64,000 nucleotides of DNA, from IMG/VR virus record IMGVR_UViG_3300043446_003158, positions 113,188 through 177,187 of that record; one strand, 5' to 3'. The notes below the pieces were generated by a model that did no database searches, was not told where the DNA came from, and saw only the letters and a list, made by a program, of their open reading frames with translations. Source of the DNA: a virus. This document shows, one piece after another, positions 9,432 to 19,856 of the stretch (position 1 is the first letter of the stretch; every line of letters begins with the position of its first letter). A program made the translations under genes and the position numbers.

Positions 9432-9684
9432 TTTTAGGGGGAATTACGATATCGTCAGGAGTAATTACAGCGTATTTGTAATTATACATCTTGCAAGTTT
9501 TTATTGCAAGTTCGTCGTCAACCTCAACAACGTCCATCTCTGTTTCTTCTTGATCTTCAAGCATCAAAGCATAACGTGTTGCATCATCCTCTTCTTCAAA
9601 AAGAAATAAAACTTTTTGACCGTACTGATCTTGTACGGCATATGCTCCGTCGTCTTTTTTATCTTTTAGAGTTAAAAGAAACAT
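9415..9684 (-). CDS. Conserved hypothetical protein between gp47 and gp46
   Basis: 89-aa ORF tightly coupled to both neighbours. Confidence 0.7.
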   Translation of the reverse strand: MFLLTLKDKKDDGAYAVQDQYGQKVLFLFEEEDDATRYALMLEDQEETEMDVVEVDDELAIKTCKMYNYKYAVITPDDIVIPPKNVSIS

Positions 9685-10722
9685 TTACTCTACTTCGCAA
9701 GCTTGCTGGTATAAATCTTGAAAAATTTCTTTAATAATTGTTTTATCAAATTGAAATTCAGATTCATCAATATACCGATTAAGAATTGAAATTGTACTTT
9801 CTTCTTCTTCAATTTGAAAATCTTCATTTTCTATAATATCAAAGTTTTCTACAATTTTAAGTTCTTGAACTTTTGCAGAATAAAGTTTATCAATAAATTT
9901 TTCAAAATCTTTTGGTTTAGATTTTTTACGAACAATCACTTTAACAATTTTATCTTCATACTCCGTAGCATCAAATAATTGATAAGGAGTATCTTCATAA
10001 TAAATGTTATAAAATAATTTATAAGGATTGTTAATTGGAGTATGAGTAAGGGTTTCCGTATCAAAAATATGAAATCCTCGCGTATCGTTTACATCCGTCC
10101 AATACATTTCATAAGGATTACCGAGATAGAAGATACTTCCATTATCAGAACGAGTGTGGTAATGACCAGAAAATACCTTTTTGAACTTTGAAAAAATAGT
10201 CGAGTCCAGTCCATGATCCTCCATAACAAGATTGCGATTTACCCGAAAACCTTGAAACTCAAGGTGTCCCATAGCAATTTTTGCTCTTGTTTTTTCAATA
10301 TGATTTAAAGTTTCGTCATAGTTTTCACTACAAATCCAGGGAACCATCATGATGTTTAGACCACCAACATTAATGGTTTGAGGAGAACTATAAGTTTTAA
10401 TATTTGGATAAGTTTGAAGAAGCAAACTTGGAGAATTGACAGTATTCGTATTTTTATAGTAACAATCATGATTACCAATAATCATGTGAACCTCATAGTT
10501 CCGCAGAGGTTCAAATACAACTCTCTTTGCCCATTCAAGACTTTGGTAATCAATTGATTTGCGACTATCAAAAGCATCACCCATATGAATGACTGCTTCT
10601 ACCCCGTGTTCTTTTAAAGCAGGGAAAAATACATTCTTATAAAAGAGTTCAAAATAATCGTGGAGATATTTTGACCCTTTACGAGCACCATAATGGGTAT
10701 CTGTAATGATGGCAACCTTCAT
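9685..10722 (-). CDS. gp47: Recombination endonuclease nuclease subunit gp47 (SbcD/Mre11-like)
   Basis: Metallophosphoesterase motifs DTHYG, GDAFD, GNHD and SGHYH. Confidence 0.95.
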   Translation of the reverse strand: MKVAIITDTHYGARKGSKYLHDYFELFYKNVFFPALKEHGVEAVIHMGDAFDSRKSIDYQSLEWAKRVVFEPLRNYEVHMIIGNHDCYYKNTNTVNSPSLLLQTYPNIKTYSSPQTINVGGLNIMMVPWICSENYDETLNHIEKTRAKIAMGHLEFQGFRVNRNLVMEDHGLDSTIFSKFKKVFSGHYHTRSDNGSIFYLGNPYEMYWTDVNDTRGFHIFDTETLTHTPINNPYKLFYNIYYEDTPYQLFDATEYEDKIVKVIVRKKSKPKDFEKFIDKLYSAKVQELKIVENFDIIENEDFQIEEEESTISILNRYIDESEFQFDKTIIKEIFQDLYQQACEVE

Positions 10723-11192
10723 CGGGTTTTATATTGGATGTTGTCTTTGATGGTATTATAGTCACTGCTGGTACCAAAAAGCAAGCCCTCATCCACCATC
10801 ATCACTTCATCAAAACCACTTCTCTCAATAATTTTAGATTTTATTTCTAATTGCTTCTTTTCTTTTTGAATTCTTCTCAAAAAAGCATAATGAATGATTT
10901 GGGTAAAGTAGGCAAATGGATTACTACTTTTATTTGGATCAAAATTATGAATATACTGAATACAATTTTCTACGCCATCCGAAATCATATCCTCACGAAA
11001 CATATAATTCACAAAATTTGGTTTATATGATAAGTGGGTTGCAATTTTCAAAAAGCAATCTCCCAAATAATTTGATATTTGAGGTTTTGCCATTCCATTT
11101 TCTTTGGACTTAATATATTTTTGACGATAAACAATAAGTTCTTCTAATAATTGCTTATTATTTACATAATGCTCTGATTTCTTTTTGGACAT
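10719..11192 (-). CDS. gp55: Late transcription sigma factor gp55
   Basis: HYVNNK...YKPNFVNYMFREDMISDGVENCIQYIHNFDP...NPFAYFTQIIHYAFLRRIQKEKKQ. Confidence 0.95.
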   Translation of the reverse strand: MSKKKSEHYVNNKQLLEELIVYRQKYIKSKENGMAKPQISNYLGDCFLKIATHLSYKPNFVNYMFREDMISDGVENCIQYIHNFDPNKSSNPFAYFTQIIHYAFLRRIQKEKKQLEIKSKIIERSGFDEVMMVDEGLLFGTSSDYNTIKDNIQYKTR

Positions 11193-11259
11193 AACATTGC
11201 TTTTTTAAATTAAAAATATTAATTACTATTATATCATCATTTTTAAATATTTTAAACTC

Positions 11260-11311
11260 TTGACAAATCTCTTGAAAATGAGTAGAATGCCTTTGTTAGG
11301 TTTGAAGATGA
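11260..11311 (+). promoter_or_regulatory. Plus-strand sigma70-type promoter (TTGACA-17-TAGAAT) with a conserved downstream element
   Basis: TTGACA 11260-11265 and TAGAAT 11283-11288, followed by GCCTTTGTTAGGTTTGAAGATGA; a near-identical element lies at 63417-63445. Confidence 0.65.
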
Positions 11312-11314
11312 GAT

Positions 11315-11734
11315 CTAGCTTTCTTTATGATCTTTATTATTTTTAAATATATTTTCTAGTTTTTTACGAGCTTCTTCTACTGACGAAAGATATCCCATTC
11401 TGTCGGATAGTTTAACTTTACCACTTTGAGTGGTTACTGGCATTTCTTCATCATCACTTTCAATATAATTATTATAACAATTTATTACTAGTTGATTATT
11501 AACTTCTGTCATAGTAATAATTTTATCTAATCTAATAATAAAAAAATCATCAGATGGTATTTCCATCCATGGTTTTATTTTTATCATTTGACCAGAATGA
11601 TTTGTAATAACTTTAATTACAACTGGATTTTGCAACACTACAATAGGATCTCCATCATTTTCATCAATTGATACTAATGAAAATATTTCTTCTCCACTAA
11701 CTAATTTAATGCTGCTATAGAACTCTTCTCCCAT
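11315..11734 (-). CDS. Conserved hypothetical protein downstream of uvsW
   Basis: IKLVSGEEI...NPV...KPW pattern; this position is conserved in T4-like cyanophages. Confidence 0.7.
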   Translation of the reverse strand: MGEEFYSSIKLVSGEEIFSLVSIDENDGDPIVVLQNPVVIKVITNHSGQMIKIKPWMEIPSDDFFIIRLDKIITMTEVNNQLVINCYNNYIESDDEEMPVTTQSGKVKLSDRMGYLSSVEEARKKLENIFKNNKDHKES

Positions 11735-13197
11735 TAGTTTTTAATCGGTATGTTTACAATATCGTAGTTAAAATTTTCTTCGTTATAAACTTTAATTCTT
11801 TCTATTAAATGATTGAGTGTATAATTTTTTCTTGATTTATAACTGATATCATCAGCAATATCATATAAAGTTGCTTTTGTTTTGTTGTCGCTTTTTCTTA
11901 AGACTCTTCCGATTGATTGGAGGTTTCTGATTCTTGATTTACTAGGGGAAGCAAAGATAACATTATGTAGATTTCTGATGTTAATACCAGTAGAAAAAGT
12001 ACCGTAAGAAGCAACGATGATTGCATTATTTTCCTTTTCAGTAATTTCTCTGACTTGTTCTCGGTCTTCAGTATCCACACCACCATGAACAAAAAATACA
12101 TGGCGATTATCTGTGATGCTACTATTTATGAGTTCGTATAATGGTTGTCCATGACCTTCAACTCTTGAAAAAAGAATTAAAGTATTACCCTTAAGATCAA
12201 GAGCAAGATTGCGAATAAACTTGTTTCTACGTTCATGATTAATAATATATTGAACTTCTTCTTCAAAAGTTTCAAATTTATTTGGTGGGTGTTTCAATAG
12301 AAGAATATTAATATCTAACTTTGCAACGTGACCTTTCTGCATCAACTCATCAGTACGAATAATTTTATAAGAAGGTCCAAATAATCCTTCTAAAACCCAT
12401 TTATGAGTTTGAGATCCATCAAGAGTTCCAGTAAAACCGTAACGATATTTTGCATCAGAAAGTTTTGTCATTATAGATACTAATGACTTTGATTTAAACT
12501 GGTGTGCTTCATCTCCAACAACCACATTAAATCTTGAAAAGTATTGACGGGGAAGTTTGTAGATAGACTGCCAGGTTGTAATGATGACCTGTGAGTCTGT
12601 TTCTCTTTCTTTACCCGCATATATCTTGTGGCAAAATGAACCAACATCCCACCCATAATCTGCAAAATCTTTATACATCTGCTCTACAAGGGATGTCGTT
12701 GGAACGACTATCAACGTATTTTGCCCTTTCTCAACGTAATATCTCACAATTGAGTATATCATCAGAGACTTTCCAGAAGCAGTTGGAGATATCAACAACT
12801 TTCTATTATGTCTTAAAGCGTCGTATACTCCCTCAACTTGGTACTCGCGGGGAGAATACTTGCAGATAGAATTCATGTAATCTTTGACACCTTCCTTTGA
12901 AATCATGTCATTAATTTCAAAAGGAAGACCATAGAATTTATTGTTTATAAATTCATAAGTATAATTATGATTTTCACAAAATCTTATCAGTTTATCTAAT
13001 AACCCAACATATATTTCTCCAGTTTGGGTATTAAATAAACGAATTTTTCCATCCCAGTATTTGTTGCGAAACTGGGGCATAAACTTTGCGCCTGGTACAT
13101 CAAAGGTAAACTGATCTTGAAGTTCGTAATAAACGTGAGGTTCTGCCTTTACCTGAAGATATACTTCATTCTTTTTTGAGATAATCAAATGAGTCAT
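11734..13197 (-). CDS. uvsW: UvsW SF2 DNA helicase
   Basis: PREYQ, SPTASGKS, GDEAH, GFTGT and QSIGRVLR helicase motifs. Confidence 0.95.
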   Translation of the reverse strand: MTHLIISKKNEVYLQVKAEPHVYYELQDQFTFDVPGAKFMPQFRNKYWDGKIRLFNTQTGEIYVGLLDKLIRFCENHNYTYEFINNKFYGLPFEINDMISKEGVKDYMNSICKYSPREYQVEGVYDALRHNRKLLISPTASGKSLMIYSIVRYYVEKGQNTLIVVPTTSLVEQMYKDFADYGWDVGSFCHKIYAGKERETDSQVIITTWQSIYKLPRQYFSRFNVVVGDEAHQFKSKSLVSIMTKLSDAKYRYGFTGTLDGSQTHKWVLEGLFGPSYKIIRTDELMQKGHVAKLDINILLLKHPPNKFETFEEEVQYIINHERRNKFIRNLALDLKGNTLILFSRVEGHGQPLYELINSSITDNRHVFFVHGGVDTEDREQVREITEKENNAIIVASYGTFSTGINIRNLHNVIFASPSKSRIRNLQSIGRVLRKSDNKTKATLYDIADDISYKSRKNYTLNHLIERIKVYNEENFNYDIVNIPIKN

Positions 13198-13231
13198 ATA
13201 CCCATAATATTACTTATGAGTATTTATTTGC

Positions 13232-13663
13232 TTAATTAAAACCTGCTTGGAACCTGTGCCATTCAATTGCGTTCTTGATTTGGAAAGTTCTATTTGAAAT
13301 TGTTTTTATAATTTCTTCAAGAAACTTAAGCATAATATCATAATATCTAATTTTAAGATCTATTTTATTTAATCTTTCGTCGGCATCCATATGCCTCTGT
13401 AATGCTTCTTTTTCTCTAACCTTATATGGGAAAGGATCTTCCACGTAAACCTCTGCTGGTGCCTTTCCTGTGTAGTAATTGTAGCGTTCTAAACGGACTT
13501 TATTATAAGTTTCTCTTGCTTTTTCTCTCAAAAGAGTTATTGTATTATAAACTGTATAATATTTTGAATGTAGTTGGGGAATTTTTAAAGATTCGTCGTG
13601 TAAATTATCAGGATCAATTACAGAATCTTTTTCCCACATTTCCTGAATTTGTTCAAGATTCAT
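13232..13663 (-). CDS. uvsY: Recombination mediator UvsY
   Basis: ESLKIPQLHSKY...RTFQIKNAIEW; sits between gp3 and uvsW as in T4-like phages. Confidence 0.85.
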   Translation of the reverse strand: MNLEQIQEMWEKDSVIDPDNLHDESLKIPQLHSKYYTVYNTITLLREKARETYNKVRLERYNYYTGKAPAEVYVEDPFPYKVREKEALQRHMDADERLNKIDLKIRYYDIMLKFLEEIIKTISNRTFQIKNAIEWHRFQAGFN

Positions 13664-14208
13664 AATAGTTTATTATCTTTATCAAATATATTGTACATAG
13701 TATACTTGAAAGTTGCTTCTGCTGTAAAGTAATTAATATCATTATCAGTTGCCTCAAATTCTAACGAAGTTAAAGAAACTGGATATAAACCTCTAAAAAC
13801 AACATTTGCAGTTGTTCTATAGTTGCTGTTTAGTATCTGTAAAGTTCCATTACTAAATTGTAATTTTGGATCTTCCATTCCATTTTCATCTGTGATTAAT
13901 TTTTTAAATTGTTCATGATTTTCTGGAAATCCTAATCCAGTTATCCAATTATGAATCGCCATATAATTGGACATATCTTCATCAACAAGAAATCTTAAAT
14001 AAAAATCACCATATTCAATTTGATCACCTGGAATATCAATAGATTTAAAATAATTACTTTGTACTGCTGTATTTAATGTAATATCTGGAATTCTGCAACC
14101 ATTAGAGAAAAAAGAAACTTTTTGATATTTTTGTAGAGTAAATTTAAATCCTACTGGTGATAAAAAGTTTCTATTTTGTATCTGATTACTAAAAACAGTA
14201 TTCGCCAT
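13660..14208 (-). CDS. gp3: Tail tube terminator / completion protein gp3
   Basis: NFLSPVGFKF...FLVDEDMSNY...LYPVSLTSLEF; follows gp23. Confidence 0.75.
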   Translation of the reverse strand: MANTVFSNQIQNRNFLSPVGFKFTLQKYQKVSFFSNGCRIPDITLNTAVQSNYFKSIDIPGDQIEYGDFYLRFLVDEDMSNYMAIHNWITGLGFPENHEQFKKLITDENGMEDPKLQFSNGTLQILNSNYRTTANVVFRGLYPVSLTSLEFEATDNDINYFTAEATFKYTMYNIFDKDNKLL

Positions 14209-14226
14209 TTTTATTTTTATTTAGAT

Positions 14227-14252
14227 AAAAAAAGAGGGTCCGAAGACCCTCT
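14227..14252 (-). terminator. Rho-independent terminator after the major capsid gene
   Basis: Minus strand AGAGGGTC-TTCG-GACCCTCT followed by a T-run (UUCG tetraloop). Confidence 0.9.
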
Positions 14253-14271
14253 GGAAATATGTGGCAATTGC

Positions 14272-15711
14272 TCACATGAGGTTGAGAACCTGTACTCTTC
14301 TGTAGTAGCGGTTGCTATTAACAGTAAGTCTACCAAGACCCTGGGTTGTTCCTTCAGCAAATGGGTTAGCAACAAGACCGTAACGGGTTTTAAAGCCAAT
14401 CTTGGGCTGGAAGGTGTTCTCACCAACGGCACGAACCATTTGGAGAGGAACATATGGGCAATAGAAGAGACCAGCGTCATAAGGTGAAGAACCCTTATAA
14501 CCAACAACGTAATACTGACCACCAGAAGCACCTGGGTTTGAACCACCCGAATATGGGTCAATATATACGCGATACTTACCTTGGAGAACACCAGCGAAGG
14601 TGTTGCCAGTGTCATCAACCTGAAGGTTAGCGTTAAGAGCTGGGGTGTAATCAAGAACGCCTGCCATGGTGAGTGCCGAAGCAACGTCAGCAGAGCAAAG
14701 GATCATGTTACCCTTTCCTCTACGAGTCTCAACTGCGATTGCGTTAGCATCACGCTCGATTTGGAAGATAAGACCCTTAAACTTCTCAACAGACCAACGA
14801 CCGTTTGAGTCAACATCGAGGTCAAACTTACCAGCAGTTGCAACGTTGTGCTGAGCACCAGACTTAGCAACCTTATAGATGGTACGAATAACTTCGCGGT
14901 TGATTTCAGCAAGAATTTCGCTAGAAAGAATATTAGCGAGTTCTGCTTCTGCATTTAGACCGTGGATTGCCTTCAGGTCTTGAGCAAGCTCAAGGCTGTA
15001 TTCAGCTTTCAGAGCACGTGATTTTGCAGTAACAGTGATCTTCTCGATTGAGAAGCCCATCTGATTGAACTGGGCACCACCGCTTTCACCGAGTGATTCT
15101 GCATCTTCGGTGTCCATACCACGCCCAAGTGTATAAGCAGCTTGGGTAGTATTGCTATCTGGGCTTAAGAGACCAGGATTGGTTCCACCATGTGCAGCAG
15201 TTGTACCAAAACCAACAGAAGAACCATCGGAGTTTGCTACATATGGATTTCCAAGACCAGCTTCTGTACGAGTGCTTCCCTGAGCAGAGAAAGCAGTATC
15301 AGGCTCGTTGAAGAATGCTTCATCATTAGCAACGGCAGGACCGTTGTATCTTGAACGCATTGCAAAGATAAGTCCAGTGGGACCGTTCATTGGTTGAACG
15401 CCAGCAAGGTCATAAGCGACCAAGTTAGGCATTGAACGGCGGATAAGGCTGATTAAAACAGGATCGAAACCTGCAACAGGACCTGCTGCAGTTGCATTAG
15501 CACTGAAACCAGCAGTTGCACCAGATGAACCAGTGTTCATGGTTGGTGATTCGGAAAGGAACTCACGCTCTTCGCGGAGTGCTTTCTCTTGGTTTTCTAG
15601 CAGGATGGCAGTTACGGCTCTTCTGTGCGAATCTTTGATCGAATCCATTCCTTGATAATCAAGGATGGGAGCCCACTTCTCCTGCAGGTATTCGGAATTG
15701 AACCCTTGCAT
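14272..15711 (-). CDS. gp23: Major capsid protein gp23
   Basis: AGFDPVLISLIRRSMPNL, GVQPMNGPTGLIFAMR, KSRALKAEYSLELAQDLKAIHGL, QPKIGFKTRYG. Confidence 0.98.
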   Translation of the reverse strand: MQGFNSEYLQEKWAPILDYQGMDSIKDSHRRAVTAILLENQEKALREEREFLSESPTMNTGSSGATAGFSANATAAGPVAGFDPVLISLIRRSMPNLVAYDLAGVQPMNGPTGLIFAMRSRYNGPAVANDEAFFNEPDTAFSAQGSTRTEAGLGNPYVANSDGSSVGFGTTAAHGGTNPGLLSPDSNTTQAAYTLGRGMDTEDAESLGESGGAQFNQMGFSIEKITVTAKSRALKAEYSLELAQDLKAIHGLNAEAELANILSSEILAEINREVIRTIYKVAKSGAQHNVATAGKFDLDVDSNGRWSVEKFKGLIFQIERDANAIAVETRRGKGNMILCSADVASALTMAGVLDYTPALNANLQVDDTGNTFAGVLQGKYRVYIDPYSGGSNPGASGGQYYVVGYKGSSPYDAGLFYCPYVPLQMVRAVGENTFQPKIGFKTRYGLVANPFAEGTTQGLGRLTVNSNRYYRRVQVLNLM

Positions 15712-15762
15712 TTGTGTTACCTCTTTTTAAAATTGTTAGTTTGAATTTTTATAATTTAAAAA

Positions 15763-16989
15763 TCACTTTTTGGCAACTCTGCCAAGAGTCTGAAGATATG
15801 CTTCCATAATTCCACCTACTTGAGGTTGAATATTTTGCACATCTGTACTTTCAGACAAGTTCTCAGAGTCATCTCTTTGAGCACTAGCGATTCTTGAAGG
15901 GAAATAAGATTCTCTTAAAGTAACTAGTTTCTCACGATAGTTTTCTTCACTTTCAAACTCAACATTTTCAGCAAGAGAAGCGAGTTTATCTTTCTGAGAA
16001 AGTGCTAGACCCTCAGATACTTCTGCAAAAATTACATCAGCAACTGACTCTGCTAATCTTTTCTTTAGAGCAACGTTTCTTTCGATTTGCTCGTTGAGTT
16101 TCGTCTCCATTTCATCAAGTTTATCTACCATACTCTCGATTACATCATATCTATCTTCAGGGATTGTTACATAATGATCTTCAAAAAGACCCTTCATTCC
16201 TTGAAGGAATGATTCGGTCATTTCAGTCTTAAGACCGTGCTCGACTGCAAGTGCATTCTCTTGAATCCACTCGTCGGCAACATACTCAAGGTATGCATCA
16301 ACACGATCTGTAAGTTCTTCTTTAATTAGTTGAACTTCTTCAACTAGTGCATCTTCATACGATGCACGTAATTCTTCTTTAATTTCTGAAACTTTTGATC
16401 TAATCGCAGCTTCAAAAATAACACGTGCCTTTTCTTGGAATTCTTCTGAAAGATCTTCACCTTCCAAAAGTGCTTTGACATCTTCTTCGATGTCAATTTC
16501 TTCTTCCTCTTCCTCTTCTTCTACATCCTCACCTTCTTCTTCAACCTCTTCCTTCATTTCATCTTCATCATTTTTCTCATCATTTTTTTCTTTCTTTTCT
16601 TTCTTCTTAGATGATTTGCCATTATTAGTATTATCATCTGATTCAGCATCATCTTCTTCAGTTTCTTCTTCTGAAATTAACTCTTCTTCAGTTTCAGTCT
16701 CTTCACCATAACTGGCTTTTTTACCAACAATTGCCGCTGGCATAGGGTCGGCACCTTTTGCACCTTTGTTAACCACATTTTTAACCTGAGCTAAAGGAGA
16801 TGATGCATCCTTTAGTTTTGCTGAATCGTCGTCTGAACGATAATTTTCTGGAGTAGGACCACCTAAATCTTCCCAACTACCTGTTTGACCATCGGGAATA
16901 CCCTTGGTTAACTTAGGCATTGGTTCAGCAGGTTTTGCTCCTTTGGTTACTACGTTTTCCATTTCTTGTAAATTTCTACCAACGGACAT
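15763..16989 (-). CDS. gp22: Prohead core scaffold protein gp22
   Basis: Acidic coiled-coil with LSEEFQEKARVIFEAA and YLEYVADEW; lies between gp21 and gp23. Confidence 0.9.
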   Translation of the reverse strand: MSVGRNLQEMENVVTKGAKPAEPMPKLTKGIPDGQTGSWEDLGGPTPENYRSDDDSAKLKDASSPLAQVKNVVNKGAKGADPMPAAIVGKKASYGEETETEEELISEEETEEDDAESDDNTNNGKSSKKKEKKEKNDEKNDEDEMKEEVEEEGEDVEEEEEEEEIDIEEDVKALLEGEDLSEEFQEKARVIFEAAIRSKVSEIKEELRASYEDALVEEVQLIKEELTDRVDAYLEYVADEWIQENALAVEHGLKTEMTESFLQGMKGLFEDHYVTIPEDRYDVIESMVDKLDEMETKLNEQIERNVALKKRLAESVADVIFAEVSEGLALSQKDKLASLAENVEFESEENYREKLVTLRESYFPSRIASAQRDDSENLSESTDVQNIQPQVGGIMEAYLQTLGRVAKK

Positions 16990-17030
16990 TTGTTTAGATT
17001 TCTGTATATAATCTATATTTATTTATTAAT

Positions 17031-17681
17031 TTATAAATTTGACAGAAACTCTTGGAATAAACCAAGTTTATGTTCCTCAAGTCTTTGTTGATCAACTAAT
17101 GTATTAATTCTACGCTTTGTTGATTCTGCAAGTTTTTCACGAAGAATTCCACCATCCCAAACCCATTCTTTACCTTCCATAATTCCCTGAACAAAAGCAT
17201 CAGGTGCAGAAGGATCGGCAACAATATCAGCAGCAGTTGCAAGCATGAAATCTTCACCAACAACTTTATGCCCTTCATTGGTCATTTTTAATGAACCGAC
17301 ACCACGAGAAGAAACGCCCAGACAAACACCATCATCAATTAAAGCTTTTGCAATTTTACCCATTGGGGTTTCAAGAAGTTGTGCCTTACCTCTAAAATTT
17401 GTTCCTTCTTGAGTAAGAGAAACAATTTTGTGAGATACACGATCAAGATTCACAGTAGGACCATCTGGGTGACCGAGTTCTCCAAGAGCACGACCTTTTG
17501 AAACAAAATTTTCGGTATATCTTCTTACTTCACGTGAAAGAGTTTCCATAGGATACATTCTTCCATTACGATTGCAAATATCACCCTGAAGGAAAATACC
17601 TTCAATATACAGTTTCTTTTGGGATCCTTTTCCTTCGGTAATAAACTTTACCTTTGATACTTCTTCTGTGATGAGTTTCAT
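17031..17681 (-). CDS. gp21: Prohead protease gp21
   Basis: GIFLQGDICNRNGRMYP, ALGELGHP, GVSSRGVGS, DIVADPSAPDAFV. Confidence 0.95.
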   Translation of the reverse strand: MKLITEEVSKVKFITEGKGSQKKLYIEGIFLQGDICNRNGRMYPMETLSREVRRYTENFVSKGRALGELGHPDGPTVNLDRVSHKIVSLTQEGTNFRGKAQLLETPMGKIAKALIDDGVCLGVSSRGVGSLKMTNEGHKVVGEDFMLATAADIVADPSAPDAFVQGIMEGKEWVWDGGILREKLAESTKRRINTLVDQQRLEEHKLGLFQEFLSNL

Positions 17682-17685
17682 TTTT

Positions 17686-17952
17686 TTAATTTGTAAAACC
17701 TACTTTTGTTCCTTTAACTAAAGCACTATCTGCATAAACACAATGATTTGGTGATTTAACAATCTGCTCAACTGTTCCTGCTGGCATAGTCATAGATCCA
17801 ACGCCAGCACCAGATTGAGTTTCTACAACAGTTACAATGTGTGCAGAAGTATCAGTATTTACAAGTCGTACAACTGTGGCTGCAGTAAAACTTGTAGCTG
17901 TTCCTGTTGTAGTTGGTAAATTTATTTCACCTGCTAAAATTTTTGTTGTCAT
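17686..17952 (-). CDS. Small hypothetical virion-associated protein
   Basis: 88-aa beta-rich ORF between the portal and protease genes. Confidence 0.65.
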   Translation of the reverse strand: MTTKILAGEINLPTTTGTATSFTAATVVRLVNTDTSAHIVTVVETQSGAGVGSMTMPAGTVEQIVKSPNHCVYADSALVKGTKVGFTN

Positions 17953-18113
17953 TCTTCTTCCCCTACGCTATTAAATCCAAATAAAGAACTAGCTACCTCT
18001 GGACGAATTGAATTAATTTTTTCGGCAGATTTTGCAAAAAGAGCATCCTTTATCAAATCTGAAATATCAGAAGCAGAAGAATCAGTGGCAATCAAATCGA
18101 CAATGTTATCCAT
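17949..18113 (-). CDS. Small prohead core-like protein (gp67/68 position)
   Basis: Hand translation MDNIVDLIATDSSASDISDLIKDALFAKSAEKINSIRPEVASSLFGFNSVGEEE; TATAAATA at 18126-18133. Confidence 0.7.
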   Translation of the reverse strand: MDNIVDLIATDSSASDISDLIKDALFAKSAEKINSIRPEVASSLFGFNSVGEEE

Positions 18114-18125
18114 AAAAATTTAGTG

Positions 18126-18133
18126 TATTTATA
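18126..18133 (-). promoter_or_regulatory. T4-type late promoter TATAAATA
   Basis: Exact consensus 13 nt upstream of the ATG at 18113. Confidence 0.75.
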
Positions 18134-18140
18134 TGATTAT

Positions 18141-19820
18141 TTATATTTGGGTTTTTTTAACGTCTTTTTGGGATTGTGCATTAGTAACCGCACCTTGCTT
18201 TTCTGTATCTGGTTCAGTAGGAACATCTCCTAAAGGACCAATTGGCAAAGGTTCTCCAGTTATTGGATCAATTGAATCTGGATCTGGAATAATTCCATCC
18301 TTTATTTCCTTATCAATTTGTTTGTCTAGTTCTACAATATCACCATCTGTTTGGCGAAGAATTTTAGATCTTACATACTGAACTGAAAAATATTTGCCAA
18401 TATATGGTTCCATCATTGCAACTAAATTGAGACGTTCTGTCATCAATTCAGTTTCTTTTAATTCCGAAAATTGATTATCATAAACAAAATCAAACTGAAT
18501 ATGATCCGACATTTTTTCCCAATCTTCTAGGGAAACAATATTTTTTAATATTAATTGTGTCCGTAACATATCGGTAAACATGTTGGCAAATCTTTTACGC
18601 AGTCTGCCAACAAATTTAGTAAATTTTAATTCATCTCTTAAAATTTCTGATGATCTTCCTAAATTGAAACCACCATCATTTGCAATTCTTGATTCTGGAA
18701 CACCAAGTGATCTGTAAAGTTTTTTCTGAAAATATTCAATATCTGCAAGTTCTCCAAGATTTTGACCACCTGGAAGAGTTGTGATTTCTGTTCCTCTACC
18801 ACCTTCACGGCGAGGAAGCCAGAAATCCTCAAGCATACTCATGAACTTTCTATCATCACGAATTTCTCCATTATTGGAGTCATACACCATTTTATTTCTA
18901 TAGCGCATCATCACATCACGAAGATATTGTTCTGCCTTTACTTTTGGTAAATTGCCAACATCAATATAAAAAATTCTTCTTTCTGGTGCTCTTGATAGTC
19001 TATAGATAACCAAAGAATCTTCAATCATGCGAAGTTGATTGAGAGATTTAATTGCTTTATGAAGATATGAAAGAACCGTTCCTTTATTTCTGTCAACTAA
19101 TCCAGAAGTGCAATAAGTAACAGAATCTTTAGCAATTTTAACTCCTTTCTGTGCTCCAGAACTGGATACCATTCCAGTTGGATAATTTGGAGAAGGTGTG
19201 TATATGAAATATTCTTCTATCTCTGGAGAATATACATTTCTATCATCACCTCTACCATTCATAGGATTAATCATTTCAGCAGACATAGGGATTCTAGGAT
19301 CTCCCTTTTTCTTTTCTTGCCTAACATGACGCATTTTCATAGGATCAACATATCTGATCTCTTTTATACCATCAGATACATTTTTTGGATCTATAACTTT
19401 TAGATAATAAAGTCTTCCATCAACATACCAATTCCTAAAAATTTCATGAGACTTTTTATCAAAATCCATCAATTCTTTAATATATTTAAATTCTTCTCTT
19501 ATTTTTTCTTTTACTTTATCACTTGCGTTTAAATTAGAAAGTTCAATTTCAACAGGCGAATCGTACAAATCACTAACAATTGCTTCATTTACTACATCTT
19601 CAATAGCGGCATCACACTCTGGGTGTAATGCCATTTCTCTATATCTTCGTATTAAATCGTTTTCAGTTCTAAAAACACCTTCAATATCTAAATATTGACC
19701 ATAAAAACCACTTGCAATATAATTATCAACCCCGTCCTCATTATTTTGAGGGACGGGGGAGACAATTTTAGATTTTTTATTATCAGGATCTTCAATAGAA
19801 AAACCAAAAAGTCTTGGCAT
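18141..19820 (-). CDS. gp20: Portal protein gp20
   Basis: LHKAIKSLNQLRMIEDSLVIYRLSRAPERRIFYIDVGNLPK, EDFWLPRREGGRGTEITTLPGGQNLG. Confidence 0.98.
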   Translation of the reverse strand: MPRLFGFSIEDPDNKKSKIVSPVPQNNEDGVDNYIASGFYGQYLDIEGVFRTENDLIRRYREMALHPECDAAIEDVVNEAIVSDLYDSPVEIELSNLNASDKVKEKIREEFKYIKELMDFDKKSHEIFRNWYVDGRLYYLKVIDPKNVSDGIKEIRYVDPMKMRHVRQEKKKGDPRIPMSAEMINPMNGRGDDRNVYSPEIEEYFIYTPSPNYPTGMVSSSGAQKGVKIAKDSVTYCTSGLVDRNKGTVLSYLHKAIKSLNQLRMIEDSLVIYRLSRAPERRIFYIDVGNLPKVKAEQYLRDVMMRYRNKMVYDSNNGEIRDDRKFMSMLEDFWLPRREGGRGTEITTLPGGQNLGELADIEYFQKKLYRSLGVPESRIANDGGFNLGRSSEILRDELKFTKFVGRLRKRFANMFTDMLRTQLILKNIVSLEDWEKMSDHIQFDFVYDNQFSELKETELMTERLNLVAMMEPYIGKYFSVQYVRSKILRQTDGDIVELDKQIDKEIKDGIIPDPDSIDPITGEPLPIGPLGDVPTEPDTEKQGAVTNAQSQKDVKKTQI

Positions 19821-19856
19821 CGTATAAAATTAAAATAAATTTGTTATATCTATTTA

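Noticed and set aside
16470-16720. Low-complexity GAA/GAT repeats
   Set aside because: They encode the normal acidic linker of scaffold protein gp22.
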